Assembly: GCA_963674945.2 (NCBI GenBank)
Contig: CAXXWQ010000004.1
Coordinates: 768,001 to 832,000 of the forward strand
DNA from: an uncultured Desulfosarcina sp.
GTDB lineage: Bacteria; Desulfobacterota; Desulfobacteria; Desulfobacterales; Desulfosarcinaceae
Length of the DNA stretch: 64,000 bases
Reading direction: 5' to 3'
Made by a program: the position numbers and the translations under genes. The notes below the pieces were generated by a model. It had not been told where the DNA came from, made no database searches, and saw nothing but the letters and a program-made list of their open reading frames with translations. Positions 1 through 10,888 of this stretch are shown here, in pieces (position 1 is the first letter of the stretch; each line of letters starts with the position of its first letter).

Positions 1-918
1 GCCATCTCCAGCAGCGAATTCATGCAGCTCGACCAATTGCCGCGTCGCATCGTATTCATCGGCGGCGGCTTCATCTCCTTCGAGTTCGCCCACTTCGCCG
101 TGCGACTTGGCCCTTCACAGACACACTGCACGATTCTGGAAGCCGGCCCACGTCCTTTGGGCCCCTTCGATGAAGAGATGGTTGCCTTGCTTTCCCATGC
201 GTCAAAAGCCGAGGGTATCGATATCATCAATAATATGGCCATTTCCGCCATCGAGAAGAATGCCGGCGGCTTTTCCGTCGTAACCGAAGAAGGCCACCGG
301 TTCGATGCGGATCTCGTCGTACACGGTGCCGGCAGGGTACCTGCCATCGATGATCTCGATCTGGATCAAGGGGGTGTGAAAAGAACAAAGAGAGGCGTCG
401 CCGTCAACGAGAAAATGGAGACCTCCAATCCCGACATCTACGCCATCGGCGACTGTGCCGACACAATCCAACTGGCCCGTGTCGCCGACGCCGAGGCGCA
501 CACGGCGGCGGCCAACATCGTCGACAGATATACGGGCGATGACGTCGAAGCATCCATGGAGTACACCGCTGTACCTGCAGTGCTGTTCACCTATCCCCAG
601 TACGGCATGGTGGGGGCAACGGAGGCGCGGCTGGCGCGTGAAGATGTCGCTTACGACAAAAGCTTTTCAAAAGAACTCGGCTGGCCCACCTACCGCCGGG
701 TGGGATTGAAGTCTGCGGCATACAAGATACTCGCCGGTAAAAACGGTCAAATTTTGGGTGCCCACATCTTGTCTGACAACGCAACCGGATTGATCAACGT
801 CTTCGCACTTGCCATGCGAAATAACATCGGTGTCCACAAGCTCCATGAACAAAGCATCATGTCACCCTATCCATCCAGGGAAAGTGACATTATTTATATG
901 CTCAAGCCGCTCGTGTAA
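1..918 (+). CDS. Pyridine nucleotide-disulfide oxidoreductase (glutathione reductase/dihydrolipoamide dehydrogenase family), 5'-partial
   Basis: GGGFISFEFA NAD(P)-binding motif, TSNPDIYAIGD FAD motif, C-terminal dimerisation domain (GQILGAHIL); the frame is open from the window start. Confidence 0.85.
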   Translation, partial: AISSSEFMQLDQLPRRIVFIGGGFISFEFAHFAVRLGPSQTHCTILEAGPRPLGPFDEEMVALLSHASKAEGIDIINNMAISAIEKNAGGFSVVTEEGHRFDADLVVHGAGRVPAIDDLDLDQGGVKRTKRGVAVNEKMETSNPDIYAIGDCADTIQLARVADAEAHTAAANIVDRYTGDDVEASMEYTAVPAVLFTYPQYGMVGATEARLAREDVAYDKSFSKELGWPTYRRVGLKSAAYKILAGKNGQILGAHILSDNATGLINVFALAMRNNIGVHKLHEQSIMSPYPSRESDIIYMLKPLV

Positions 919-1398
919 CCTCACACATGCTGGGACGCAATCTCACACTGATTGTTGTGTTTGCGGCACGATTTTTCGGACCAACGGAACCGCTCATGGC
1001 TGCGGTCTATATGATGCCGGCCGTGCTCATGCTGGGTCCCATCCGCTACATGGTGAGATAAAACGCCAAAAATGATTTCACGGCCCTGTTGATCCTCGAC
1101 TTCCGGGACAAATTGGTGCGGCTGATGTAAGAAAAGGATCCATTACGATGATCCCGGAAATGTTTCATGGATATTGCCGAAGCCACCGTTTGTTTTTTAA
1201 GAAATAGTTCCAATTACTTATGGATTTGGGTGCTCAATCGCGCCCGCCTTTGCACCCTATCCGCATCCCGGAAATTGCAGAAAAACCAGGGGTGCTCTTT
1301 TTACCTCCCCCCAATGACCAAATGCCCCGCCATCCTCGTCGGGTAGCGGGGCATATTGATGTTCATAGGGGGAAAGACAGAACTATTTGTAATGAAAT

Positions 1399-1713
1399 TT
1401 AGGAAGGAACCCCACCACCCAAAACGATCATGGGCAGAATCACAAAATTCTGGGCCTGCTTGTTTGCACGATCCCACCTCTGATCCCGGACCGGGGCACA
1501 AACTTCCCTCTGATCGTTGATCTCGGCTCTTGGCGTGGTAACACCTACGACGAAGTGGTTGCCATATCCTGAAGCGTTACCGGCCATTACGACGGGGCCA
1601 AAGATTGTTGCGACAGCAGTAGGAATCTGAACAGAAAAGGCTTGCGCCGAAGACGCCATACCGAAGGATAATAGTGCCAGTAAGGCGATAAAAGTAATAA
1701 ATGTCTTTTTCAT
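1399..1713 (-). CDS. Hypothetical exported protein
   Basis: Signal-peptide-like N-terminus MKKTFITFIALLALLSFGMASSAQA; AGAGG RBS upstream. Confidence 0.6.
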   Translation of the reverse strand: MKKTFITFIALLALLSFGMASSAQAFSVQIPTAVATIFGPVVMAGNASGYGNHFVVGVTTPRAEINDQREVCAPVRDQRWDRANKQAQNFVILPMIVLGGGVPS

Positions 1714-2135
1714 AAAACAACCTCTCTTACGTGTTTTTCATTCAATCGTACCAACCGCATTATCTTTCTTGCGGCTCGAAAACAGAAGTAACCGACCTAC
1801 TTCTATTTCGGCATAAAATAGTGCTCCAAAAGTCAGTTGACAAGAAATAAATGACCGTGGACTATTTTTATATTATGAATGATATTAAGTATTTTAATGG
1901 CTCATAAGATGCTGTTTTGCACAACACCGGTTTACGCAAACCAATAAGTGAAATGACTTTCACAATTGGTGTATGTTGTACTGGAATGAACTTGACATAC
2001 AATATGTTGTGTGGGACTCTTTGAGTCGGAGATTTTCCCCTTCGAACCCAGGGATAGGGTAGCTCCCGAAAAGGCCGTAATCTCGACCGGCCCTTCCCTG
2101 GATATCATTTCGAGACGCACGACGAGAGGTGTGGT

Positions 2136-2345
2136 ATGAAAACCAACTTTATATTTAAATGTGATAGAGCAGATATTGAAAATACCATGCTCTCTGAATG
2201 CCCGCTTTGTCTATTTTTCGAAAAATGCAAATCAGATGGCTATTTGGAAGAAATGAAAATCCGGTTTCGCGTAATTCCAGAAGACAAGCACGACGAGGTG
2301 TGCAGATGGAAATCGACGATAAATCCCGCGAGCTTGAAGAAATAG
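2136..2345 (+). CDS. Small Cys-rich hypothetical protein
   Basis: 69-aa ORF with GAGGTG RBS and a CPLCLFFEKC motif. Confidence 0.5.
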   Translation: MKTNFIFKCDRADIENTMLSECPLCLFFEKCKSDGYLEEMKIRFRVIPEDKHDEVCRWKSTINPASLKK

Positions 2346-2460
2346 CTGAGAGAGGAATGATTTGAAAGACGACATTGGGTTCCGGCGAATTTTCAATCTG
2401 AAATTGACGACATTGACAACCCGCACCTTTCCGTACCCTGCCATCGCCACAGAGAGTATC

Positions 2461-3894
2461 CTACAATAATTCCAACAATCTTTCGTGGATATTGTCGAAG
2501 CCGCCGTTGGACATGATCAATATCACGTCACCGTGAATCGAAACATCTACCAGATGATCGATGATGGCGTCCGTGTCGGCGAAATGAACCGCATCTTTTC
2601 CCCGACGTTTCAAATCTTCCACGAGCCTTTCGCTGGACATGCGCTCTTTCTCGGGAACTTTCGTCAAAAGTGAGGGTTTGCGGATGCAGATGCGATCCGC
2701 CGCATCGAAAACGCCTGCATATTCGTGTTGGAAGACCTTTCGCATGCTCGAATGGGTTCTCGGCTCGAATACCGCGATGATCCGATTCTCCGAAAAATAG
2801 GATTTGACGGCTTCGATGGTCGCTTTCACGGCTGTAGGGTGATGGGCGAAATCGTCGATGACGATGATGCCGTTTCGCTCACCACGGATCTCCTGCCTTC
2901 GTCTCACGCCGGAAAAAGTCGCCAGGGCCGGGGCGATTTGATCGGCGGAAACCCCCAAATCATCAGCCACCGCAATGGCGGCCAAGGCATTTTTCAGATT
3001 ATGCACACCAATCATTCGGGTTTCGAATTGCCCATATTCCTGCCCGTTTTTCATCACCTGAAAACGAGTGACAGGCGGATTGATGGATATCGCCCCGATG
3101 TGCCAGGGTGATGACTTCTCCAAACCATAGGAAAGGCGCCTGCAAGTTGCCTGCGCCACAAGCCCGTCCACATTTGGATCGTCGTCTACATGAACCAGCA
3201 GGGCATCGGACTTGATGATCAAAAGAAATCGGCCGAAGGCATCTCGAACATGGTCCAAATCGCGATAAATATCGGCATGGTCGAATTCAACACTGGTCAA
3301 AATGGCAGCATCTGGGGTATAGTGAAGAAACTTGGGCCCCTTGTCGAAGAAAGCCGTATCGTATTCATCCGCCTCGATCACGATGCAATCCCCGGCCCCT
3401 GTTCGATAGTTGCTATTGAAATTGGGAACGATACCACCAATCACAAAAGAGGGATCACGGCCGGCGGAAAAAAGGATCCAGGCCAAGAGTGACGATGTGG
3501 TTGTCTTCCCGTGGGTTCCGGCTACCAATAACTGACGTTTGCCGGCAGCGGCAAAGCGATTGACGGCCTGGGGCATGGAACAATAGCAAAGCCCCATCTT
3601 TGCCGTCGCCACCACCTCCGCATTCTCTTTGGAAACGGCGTTTCCGACCACGACCAGTTCAGGCTGCGGGGAAAGGTGCTTTGGATCGAATCCGGTCATG
3701 ACGCGAATTTCCTTTTCCTCGAGGAAATCGCTCATTGGTGGGTATACATTGTTGTCCGATCCGGTGACCCGGTACCCCATCTCTTTCAGCATGCAGGCCA
3801 GGGCGCCCATGGCCGTTCCGCAAACGGCAATCAAATGAATCCGTTCCACCTTTTCGGGAATTCTGTTGTTTTCAGGAAGCATCATGGATCCCAT
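2461..3894 (-). CDS. mpl: UDP-N-acetylmuramate:L-alanyl-gamma-D-glutamyl-meso-DAP ligase (murein peptide ligase)
   Basis: IHLIAVCGTAMGALA, GSDNNVYPPMS, VAGTHGKTTTS, IEADEYDTAFFDK, DDFAHHPTA and MSNGGF motifs; start placed after AGAGGA. Confidence 0.92.
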   Translation of the reverse strand: MGSMMLPENNRIPEKVERIHLIAVCGTAMGALACMLKEMGYRVTGSDNNVYPPMSDFLEEKEIRVMTGFDPKHLSPQPELVVVGNAVSKENAEVVATAKMGLCYCSMPQAVNRFAAAGKRQLLVAGTHGKTTTSSLLAWILFSAGRDPSFVIGGIVPNFNSNYRTGAGDCIVIEADEYDTAFFDKGPKFLHYTPDAAILTSVEFDHADIYRDLDHVRDAFGRFLLIIKSDALLVHVDDDPNVDGLVAQATCRRLSYGLEKSSPWHIGAISINPPVTRFQVMKNGQEYGQFETRMIGVHNLKNALAAIAVADDLGVSADQIAPALATFSGVRRRQEIRGERNGIIVIDDFAHHPTAVKATIEAVKSYFSENRIIAVFEPRTHSSMRKVFQHEYAGVFDAADRICIRKPSLLTKVPEKERMSSERLVEDLKRRGKDAVHFADTDAIIDHLVDVSIHGDVILIMSNGGFDNIHERLLELL

Positions 3895-4086
3895 GTCCTC
3901 TTGCTCTTTTGTGTAGAATTGGAGGGAAGAACGCTGTAGCAAAAACCCGCTCGTTCACTATGCTCATTTTTCTATCCGTGTGCTGAAGTGGGTTGTAGAC
4001 GATTTACCGTGGAAGAACAAGGGGATTCATGGTTCCCCGTGGATGTGCTCTTCTTCCCGTATCGTGTCACAAGGGGATAAAAAGGA

Positions 4087-4947
4087 ATGATGAAGCGTCA
4101 AAAAACTGACGAGGATCCAATGCCCATGGAAACGGCTGCGGAACTTTTTTGCCAAGCAATTCAGGAAGAAGGAAATATTACTGTTCTCACCGGTGCCGGT
4201 GTATCGGCGGGAAGCGGCATTCCCACATTCAGGGGGCCGGAAGGATTCTGGACCGTCGGTTCAAGGGAGTACCATCCTCAGGAAATCGCAACGTTTTCCA
4301 TGTTTGCGAGAGACCCGGAATCGGTCTGGGTCTGGTATTTGTACCGTATGGGAATGTGCAAAAAAGCAACACCCAATGCAGGACATGAGGCCCTGGCCAG
4401 GCTCGATTCCATTTTGGGAGACCGGTTTACGCTGATCACCCAAAATGTGGACAACTTGCACATCCGCGCCGGCAGCAGTGAATCACGGACCTTTGAAATT
4501 CACGGAAACATTTTCAAGACACGTTGCGCGTCAGCTTGTTCGGAGGGCATTTTTCCCCTGCCCGAAGATCTGTCTCCCAAGCGACGCGGAGAGGCACTGA
4601 CCGACAAAGAGAAGCGGTCTCTTCGGTGTCCGTCCTGTGGCGGTTGGCTTCGCCCCCACGTCTTGTGGTTCGACGAAACCTACAACGAACGATACTTTCG
4701 ATTCGAAAGTGCCATTCATGTAGCGGAAAATACGCGACTTTTGATCACCGTCGGAACGACCGGCGCCACCACGCTGCCAAACCACATCACCAATCTTGTT
4801 TTTGGCAACCGCGGGCTAATGATCGACATCAATATTGCCGATAACCCTTTTGCCCGCTTGGCCACGCAAGCAAACCGTGGCATTTATGTTCAAGGTGAAA
4901 GCAGTCGTATCCTGCCAAAACTGGTACAAGTGGCCGACTGCGCGTAA
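4087..4947 (+). CDS. cobB: Sir2/CobB-family NAD-dependent deacylase
   Basis: LTGAGVSAGSGIPTFRG, ITQNVDNLH, HG, CxxC zinc sites, LRPHVLWFDE. Confidence 0.88.
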   Translation: MMKRQKTDEDPMPMETAAELFCQAIQEEGNITVLTGAGVSAGSGIPTFRGPEGFWTVGSREYHPQEIATFSMFARDPESVWVWYLYRMGMCKKATPNAGHEALARLDSILGDRFTLITQNVDNLHIRAGSSESRTFEIHGNIFKTRCASACSEGIFPLPEDLSPKRRGEALTDKEKRSLRCPSCGGWLRPHVLWFDETYNERYFRFESAIHVAENTRLLITVGTTGATTLPNHITNLVFGNRGLMIDINIADNPFARLATQANRGIYVQGESSRILPKLVQVADCA

Positions 4948-5026
4948 ATCGTTCCATAACGAAGACAACTGCTCGATTTTACGAACAAATTAACATCATC
5001 CGCCGTAAGGCCGGAAAATTACAATT

Positions 5027-6532
5027 ATGAAAACAGATACCTTAGAAACAAATGCCCCCATTGATCAGTTGAAGGCCATCTCCTCATGGGTTTCATCCGT
5101 GCAGGACCTGGACAAACTCCTTCATCTGATCATCGAATCGGCCACCGGCGTCGTTCGTGCAGAGGCCGCATCCTTGCTTCTAGTCGACGCCAAAACAGAC
5201 TCCCTCTTTTTCAAGGTGGCCACCGGCGCCAAAGGCGAAGCCGTCAAGGATTTCAGAGTAAAAATCGGCGAGGGTATCGCCGGGCACGTGGCCAAAACCG
5301 GTCAACCCCTTCTCATTGCAGATGCGCGCAAGGATCATCGCTGGAGCCGAAAGATCAGTGACAGCGTCGATTTCAAGACCCAATCCATGGCGTGTGTCCC
5401 CCTTACGATAAACGACAGGATTATCGGTGTTGTCCAGGTCATCAATAAAAAAGACAACTCCCAGTTCACTCCTGCAGACATGGATGTTCTTGAGGAATTT
5501 TCAAGCCTTGCGTCCCTTGCCATCGCAAGTGCAAGGAACCTGGAGGAAGTTCGCCGGGAAAATATCGATCTGAAAAAGGAGTTGGGCGAAAAGCATCAAA
5601 TCATCGGAAAAAGTCATGTATTGAAAAAGATTCTCAAAGATGCACAGAAACTCGCCCGCAGCAAAACAACCGCCCTTATTCTCGGCGAGAGTGGAACGGG
5701 GAAGGAACTGCTTGCCCGACTGATCCATCGTGAGAGCCCACGAAAGACCAAACCCCTCGTGGTGCTCAACTGCGCGGCACTGCCCGAAACGCTGTTGGAG
5801 TCGGAATTGTTCGGCTATGAAAAAGGCTCCTTTACCGGAGCGGCGGGTCGCAAATTGGGGAAATTCGAGATTGCCCACGAAGGGACTTTGTTTCTCGACG
5901 AGATCGGTGAAATGGCCCCCGCAATCCAGGCCAAACTCCTCCGCGTTCTTCAAGAGGGGGTCTTCTATCGGATCGGTGGAAACACTCCCATCACGGTTGA
6001 TGTCCGTGTCCTTTCGGCAACCAACAAGAACCTGCAAAAAGAGGTGTCGGAAGGAAGGTTCCGGGAGGATCTGTATTACCGGCTGAACGTGGTTCAACTG
6101 AACATGCCCCCGCTGCGGGAGCGGCTCGAGGATGTGCCTCTCCTCGCCCTTCACTTTTTAGAGGTTTTCAAGAAGGAGACGGGCCTTTCGGAACTGACAA
6201 TTTCGGACGTCGCCATGCAGAAAATGACCCAATACGATTGGCCGGGTAATATACGAGAGTTAAGAAACGCCATCGAGCGTGCCGTGGTGATGGGTGATGG
6301 CAAGACCATCATGGAGGAAGACTTGCCCATCGCCACCTCCAAACAGAAGATCTCAGGCCTTACGGTCGGCCTTACCCTCGATGATGCCCTCAATCGGTTC
6401 AAAAAGGAATTCATCCTGCTCAACCTGCAACACACCGGGGGAAATCGAAGCAAAGCCGCCAAAATCATGGACATCCAGCGAACATATTTGTCGCGACTGA
6501 TCACCCGGTATGAAATCCGGGATATTACGTGA
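5027..6532 (+). CDS. GAF-domain sigma54-dependent transcriptional activator
   Basis: N-terminal GAF domain, GESGTGKE Walker A, ESELFGYEKGSFTGA, FREDLYYRLNV, Fis-type HTH. Confidence 0.93.
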   Translation: MKTDTLETNAPIDQLKAISSWVSSVQDLDKLLHLIIESATGVVRAEAASLLLVDAKTDSLFFKVATGAKGEAVKDFRVKIGEGIAGHVAKTGQPLLIADARKDHRWSRKISDSVDFKTQSMACVPLTINDRIIGVVQVINKKDNSQFTPADMDVLEEFSSLASLAIASARNLEEVRRENIDLKKELGEKHQIIGKSHVLKKILKDAQKLARSKTTALILGESGTGKELLARLIHRESPRKTKPLVVLNCAALPETLLESELFGYEKGSFTGAAGRKLGKFEIAHEGTLFLDEIGEMAPAIQAKLLRVLQEGVFYRIGGNTPITVDVRVLSATNKNLQKEVSEGRFREDLYYRLNVVQLNMPPLRERLEDVPLLALHFLEVFKKETGLSELTISDVAMQKMTQYDWPGNIRELRNAIERAVVMGDGKTIMEEDLPIATSKQKISGLTVGLTLDDALNRFKKEFILLNLQHTGGNRSKAAKIMDIQRTYLSRLITRYEIRDIT

Positions 6533-6752
6533 GTCAACGACCGGCCGTACAGCGGGTGACTTGGATTTTCCCGCGATAGTGTCTCAATCGTTACGGTTAC
6601 AACCGGATGCATCGCACCCGGTTTGAGAGCAACTGATCTACCTGGAACCATTGAAGTTGAAGTCGACCAATGACGGGAAAGCCGAAAGACAGAACGTATT
6701 TTGGCACTCTACTTGCATAACCTATTAATGACAAAAAGACATATTCCGGGAG

Positions 6753-7112
6753 ATGATCATGACGAATTTGGAAATGAATACAAGCACAATCAAAAGGCTG
6801 AAAGGTTCGATGGAAACGAATGGTTATTACAGCGTGGAATTTTCGGTAGACGAGCCCCACCCTCTCTATCAGTTCAAGATATGGCGCAGCGAATCCAGTC
6901 CCATGTTTGTCGTGGTCAAGGAAACCTCCGACATCCTATCCAAACTCAAGTCGGGACGCGTATTGAATATGACCTACTACGGCAACGATGGACAGCGTCC
7001 GAAAAGACAGATCGAGACTCGAATCGGCCCCATCAACGGAAGGCATGAAGGACGATTCCAGGGACATTGCACCATTGATCTGATGCCCGTCGACAACTCA
7101 TACAGCAATTAA
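6753..7112 (+). CDS. Hypothetical protein
   Basis: 119-aa ORF with GGAG RBS, co-oriented with neighbours. Confidence 0.6.
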   Translation: MIMTNLEMNTSTIKRLKGSMETNGYYSVEFSVDEPHPLYQFKIWRSESSPMFVVVKETSDILSKLKSGRVLNMTYYGNDGQRPKRQIETRIGPINGRHEGRFQGHCTIDLMPVDNSYSN

Positions 7113-7132
7113 GCTATTTACTGCGTCCACAG

Positions 7133-8071
7133 ATGATAACCATGACGAAGAAAACGCTGACGGTACTGATTTTCGATTCAACGGGCAACAAAGTCCGGCA
7201 GGCCTCTTTACCGAAGCTTGTTTTACCTGTTTCGGTCCTTCTCTTTTTCGGGATGACCATCCTCCTCTTTCTGGGCCTTTTTAATTATCACCGGCTACAA
7301 GACGAAAACAAAATCATTCATGACCTGCGTGCCCGCCTTACGGTCAAGGAGGAACTCGTCGCGCAGCAGCAGGACCAGATTGACAATTTCTCAAATAAAA
7401 TCTGTGATTTGAATTCAAAACTGGCCGAACTTCACAACTTCGAAAAAAAGATCCGTGTCATTGCCAACCTCGACCCCAAAGACAAAGGGGAAGAACTCTT
7501 CGGCGTTGGTGGATCGAATCCTGAAGACTTGGATCCTGGAACATTTGTCGAAAAACAGCACCAGGATCTCGTCCGGGATATGCATGTCCGAATCAATGCC
7601 ATCGATCGGGCCGCCGATGACCAGCAAGCCTCTTTCTCATCCATCTTCGGCCACTTGGAAGAAAAGCGCAACCTGCTTGCGGCGACTCCGTCCATAAGAC
7701 CTGTAACAGGTTGGATTTCCTCGAGTTTTGGATACAGGTCCTCACCTTTTACCCACCGTCGGGAATTTCATCGTGGCATGGATATCGCAACACATGCGGG
7801 AGAGCCCATCGTTGCGCCGGCCGACGGAGCGATTATTTTTGCCGGAAAAAAGGGATTGATGGGCAACATGGTCACCATCGATCATGGATTCGGTATGGTA
7901 ACACGGTATGGCCATATTCAAAAATTTCTTAAAAAAAGGGGAGAACGCGTCAAACGCGGAGAAACCATCGCCCTTGTGGGAAATACGGGGCGAAGCACCG
8001 GCCCCCATCTTCACTATGAAGTGCGTTTAAACGGGGTGGCAGTGAATCCCAAGAACTATTTTTTCGATTGA
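7133..8071 (+). CDS. M23-family metallopeptidase with N-terminal TM segment and coiled coil
   Basis: HRGMD and GRSTGPHLHYEV motifs. Confidence 0.92.
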   Translation: MITMTKKTLTVLIFDSTGNKVRQASLPKLVLPVSVLLFFGMTILLFLGLFNYHRLQDENKIIHDLRARLTVKEELVAQQQDQIDNFSNKICDLNSKLAELHNFEKKIRVIANLDPKDKGEELFGVGGSNPEDLDPGTFVEKQHQDLVRDMHVRINAIDRAADDQQASFSSIFGHLEEKRNLLAATPSIRPVTGWISSSFGYRSSPFTHRREFHRGMDIATHAGEPIVAPADGAIIFAGKKGLMGNMVTIDHGFGMVTRYGHIQKFLKKRGERVKRGETIALVGNTGRSTGPHLHYEVRLNGVAVNPKNYFFD

Positions 8072-8170
8072 CGGCCTCGTCAATGAAACACAAAAATATA
8101 CAGCCAAGTTATAAAATCGTGCAAATGGAGATGTAAATCAACCGACAGGATACAAAAGAAAGCTCGAAAA

Positions 8171-8470
8171 ATGAAAAAAATAGTTTTCTTGGTACTCATC
8201 CAAACGTTGTTCTATTTGTCCGGTTGCAGCAGTATCCATTCCCTATTGCATACATCGGCGGAAACCAACAGCCACATAGCCGGCACGACCAAAGAGATGA
8301 ACGCTATAGATGATGATGGTGACTTCTACCTTCCCATTTCAACACGTACCTCCGTGAACATCGATGTGGAATGCATCCTCGATTATGTTCAGGGGACCGC
8401 TGACGTGGATAACATCACCTCCCTGCCAGTTCATGCAGCCCCTTGGATTCGCTATCAAATTCGATTCTGA
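8171..8470 (+). CDS. Hypothetical lipoprotein
   Basis: Signal peptide ending in an LSGC lipobox. Confidence 0.55.
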   Translation: MKKIVFLVLIQTLFYLSGCSSIHSLLHTSAETNSHIAGTTKEMNAIDDDGDFYLPISTRTSVNIDVECILDYVQGTADVDNITSLPVHAAPWIRYQIRF

Positions 8471-8487
8471 AACGGCGTCGTTGAACT

Positions 8488-8668
8488 AGTGTTCGTTCAG
8501 AAATAGAAAAATTTGTTCGAGATCAAGGCCTATGAAAAATTTTACCATAGGTGCCCGAAGGAAATGCCCTTGGTGTACATATGGTTGATATTTTAAGGAT
8601 AAAATTTTTCGCGCAACGCCGATATCGGCCAAAGCTAAGATTGGCTTGGCCGTTTCTGGATGGATACT
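8488..8668. repeat. Long-hairpin intergenic element (MITE/REP-like)
   Basis: Ends AGTGTTCGTTCAGAAA and TTTCTGGATGGATACT pair over 16 positions allowing G-T; inner arms GAAAAATTTTA / TAAAATTTTTC. Confidence 0.6.
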
Positions 8669-8670
8669 GA

Positions 8671-9954
8671 CTACAAGATGGAAAAAACCGCCTGAGCCGC
8701 CGAGAGTGTTTGATCGATGGCTTCACCATCGTGGGCGGCGGAAACGAAAAACGCCTCGAATTGAGACGGGGCAAGATAGACCCCGTTTTCGAGCATCCCC
8801 TTATAGTAGCGTGAGAACCGATCGAGATCGCTCGACTTGGCATCATCGAAGTTTTTAACGGGTCGTTCGGTAAAAAACATGCCCAGCATCCCTCCCACTC
8901 TCGCACAGGAAACGGGAACGCCGGCCTTTTCGGCCGATACGGCCAATCCTGAAATCAGTTTTTCCGCCTTTTCATTCAGATCTTCATAGAATCCGGGGCG
9001 TTTCAACTCTTTCAACGTGGCGATACCGGCGGCCATGGCCAGAGGATTCCCCGATAGGGTTCCGGCCTGATAAACAGGTCCTTTGGGCGCAATGTGTTCC
9101 ATAATTTGTCTCCGACCGCCATAGGCCCCAACAGGCAGGCCGCCGCCGATAACCTTTCCGAAACAGGTAAGGTCGGGAGTAATCTGGTACAATACCTGCG
9201 CCCCCCCCAAAGCGACACGGAAACCGGTCATCACCTCATCGAAGACGAGAAGGGTTCCGGATTTGTCACAGGTTTCACGCAAGGATTGGAGAAACTGTTC
9301 ATCGGGCGGTACCAATCCCATATTGCCGGCCACGGGCTCGACGATAATACAGGCCACTTTATCGCCCTCTTTTTCCATGACGTTTCGAACCGTATCCGCG
9401 TCATTATAAGGAAGGGAAAGGGTGTGTTCAACGAAGGCGGCAGGTACACCCGGACTACCGGGAATCTGAAGCGTCGCGACGCCTGACCCCGCCTCCACCA
9501 GCAGGGCGTCGGCATGTCCGTGGTAACATCCATCGAACTTGATGATTTTGTCCCTGCCAGTATACCCCCGTGCCAACCGGATAGCACTCATGGTGGCCTC
9601 CGTCCCCGAATTGACCATTCGCACCATTTCCACCGACGGAACAATCTCGACGATCATGCAGGCCAGTTCCACCTCCAGCTCGGTGGGTGCACCAAAACTG
9701 GTCCCTTGGTCCAGCACGTTTGACAATGCCGAAACGACCGAAGGATGCCGATGCCCCAGTATCATCGGCCCCCATGACCCGATATAATCGATAAAAGGAT
9801 TTCCGTCTGCATCAAACAACCGGCACCCATCTGCACGATGGATGAATAAAGGGTCGCTGCCTACAGATTTGCAGGCTCTCACCGGACTGTTCACGCCGCC
9901 GGGGATCACTTCCTGCGCCCGCCGGAATAGTTCGATGGATTTCTCCTTTTGCAT
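8671..9954 (-). CDS. hemL: Glutamate-1-semialdehyde 2,1-aminomutase
   Basis: [47 protein letters not shown]. Confidence 0.97.
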   Translation of the reverse strand: MQKEKSIELFRRAQEVIPGGVNSPVRACKSVGSDPLFIHRADGCRLFDADGNPFIDYIGSWGPMILGHRHPSVVSALSNVLDQGTSFGAPTELEVELACMIVEIVPSVEMVRMVNSGTEATMSAIRLARGYTGRDKIIKFDGCYHGHADALLVEAGSGVATLQIPGSPGVPAAFVEHTLSLPYNDADTVRNVMEKEGDKVACIIVEPVAGNMGLVPPDEQFLQSLRETCDKSGTLLVFDEVMTGFRVALGGAQVLYQITPDLTCFGKVIGGGLPVGAYGGRRQIMEHIAPKGPVYQAGTLSGNPLAMAAGIATLKELKRPGFYEDLNEKAEKLISGLAVSAEKAGVPVSCARVGGMLGMFFTERPVKNFDDAKSSDLDRFSRYYKGMLENGVYLAPSQFEAFFVSAAHDGEAIDQTLSAAQAVFSIL

Positions 9955-10048
9955 CGGTCCATTTCCTTTCTTGTTGAAATCTGTTAACTTTTTTATGGAT
10001 CGCGTCGAAAACTATCAGAGCGGTTTGAAGTGGTCAAGATGGACGAAG

Positions 10049-10789
10049 ATGAAACACAGCAAATCACAGCAAAAACTTTCGAAGTTACTCGCCTATGTCC
10101 TCGGGTACCGGCCCGATGAATTCGGTTTGATTCCCGATGCAAACGGGTACGTGAAGATCAAGGAATTGCTGAAGGCACTGGGCGAAGAGGAGGGGTGGCG
10201 GCACATCCGTATGAATCATGTGCGTGAGGTATGCCATGCGCTCGCCTCCCCGTCCATCGAAATAGAGGGCAATCATATACGGGCAAAGGATCGATCCAGG
10301 CTTCCTCAACCTCAAAAGCCTGATTCTCTTCCAAAACTGCTGTACCACGCCATTCGCCAACGTGCCCACCCGGTAGTTTTGGAAAAGGGCGTACGCCCCT
10401 TCCCCCCGGTCAGCCAAATCGTCCTGACAACCGACGAGGATTTTGCCAAAAGGCTCGGAAAACGAATCGATCCGGCACCGGTGATCCTGACCGTCAACAC
10501 GCATCAAGCCCAGGAAAAGGGCGTCACCCTCGAAGAATATGGAAGCCGATTGTTTCTGGCAGACGGCCTTCCCGTGGGTTGTTTTGCCTGTCCTCCGCTT
10601 CCCAAAAGAGAGCCGGAGCCGAAAAAAACGGAGCCGATCCCTCAAGTCGCAAAAACACCGGGAAGCTTCTTTCTGGACCTGACCGAAGATCCGGACGCCA
10701 AACGCCGAGACACGAAGAAGACGAAAAAATGGAAGAACGAATGGAAGCGAGAACGAAAACGTCGCAACAGAAGCAAAGGTTTTCCATGA
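10049..10789 (+). CDS. RNA 2'-phosphotransferase (KptA/Tpt1)-like protein, divergent
   Basis: LSKLLAYVL..PDEFGL..DANGYVKIKELL N-terminus, PKLLYH, AKRLGKR..PVILTVN; basic C-terminal tail. Confidence 0.7.
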   Translation: MKHSKSQQKLSKLLAYVLGYRPDEFGLIPDANGYVKIKELLKALGEEEGWRHIRMNHVREVCHALASPSIEIEGNHIRAKDRSRLPQPQKPDSLPKLLYHAIRQRAHPVVLEKGVRPFPPVSQIVLTTDEDFAKRLGKRIDPAPVILTVNTHQAQEKGVTLEEYGSRLFLADGLPVGCFACPPLPKREPEPKKTEPIPQVAKTPGSFFLDLTEDPDAKRRDTKKTKKWKNEWKRERKRRNRSKGFP

Positions 10790-10833
10790 TATGGCAGATG
10801 GCATACCGATTTTCAACGCAAACAAAAAACGAA

Positions 10834-10862
10834 TTGACAAGGCCTTTTTCGCCTGTTATTAG
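10834..10862 (+). promoter_or_regulatory. sigma70-type promoter of tRNA-Lys
   Basis: TTGACA-N17-TATTAG with an extended -10 TG, 26 bp upstream of the tRNA. Confidence 0.7.
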
Positions 10863-10888
10863 TCCCTTTTGTTTTTTACGACAACAAA

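Noticed and set aside
930..1130. Possible membrane-protein gene fragment with an internal stop
   Set aside because: Too short, and no family could be recognised
9842..10048. N-terminal extension of the KptA-like ORF
   Set aside because: It overlaps hemL on the opposite strand; similarity starts at ATG 10049
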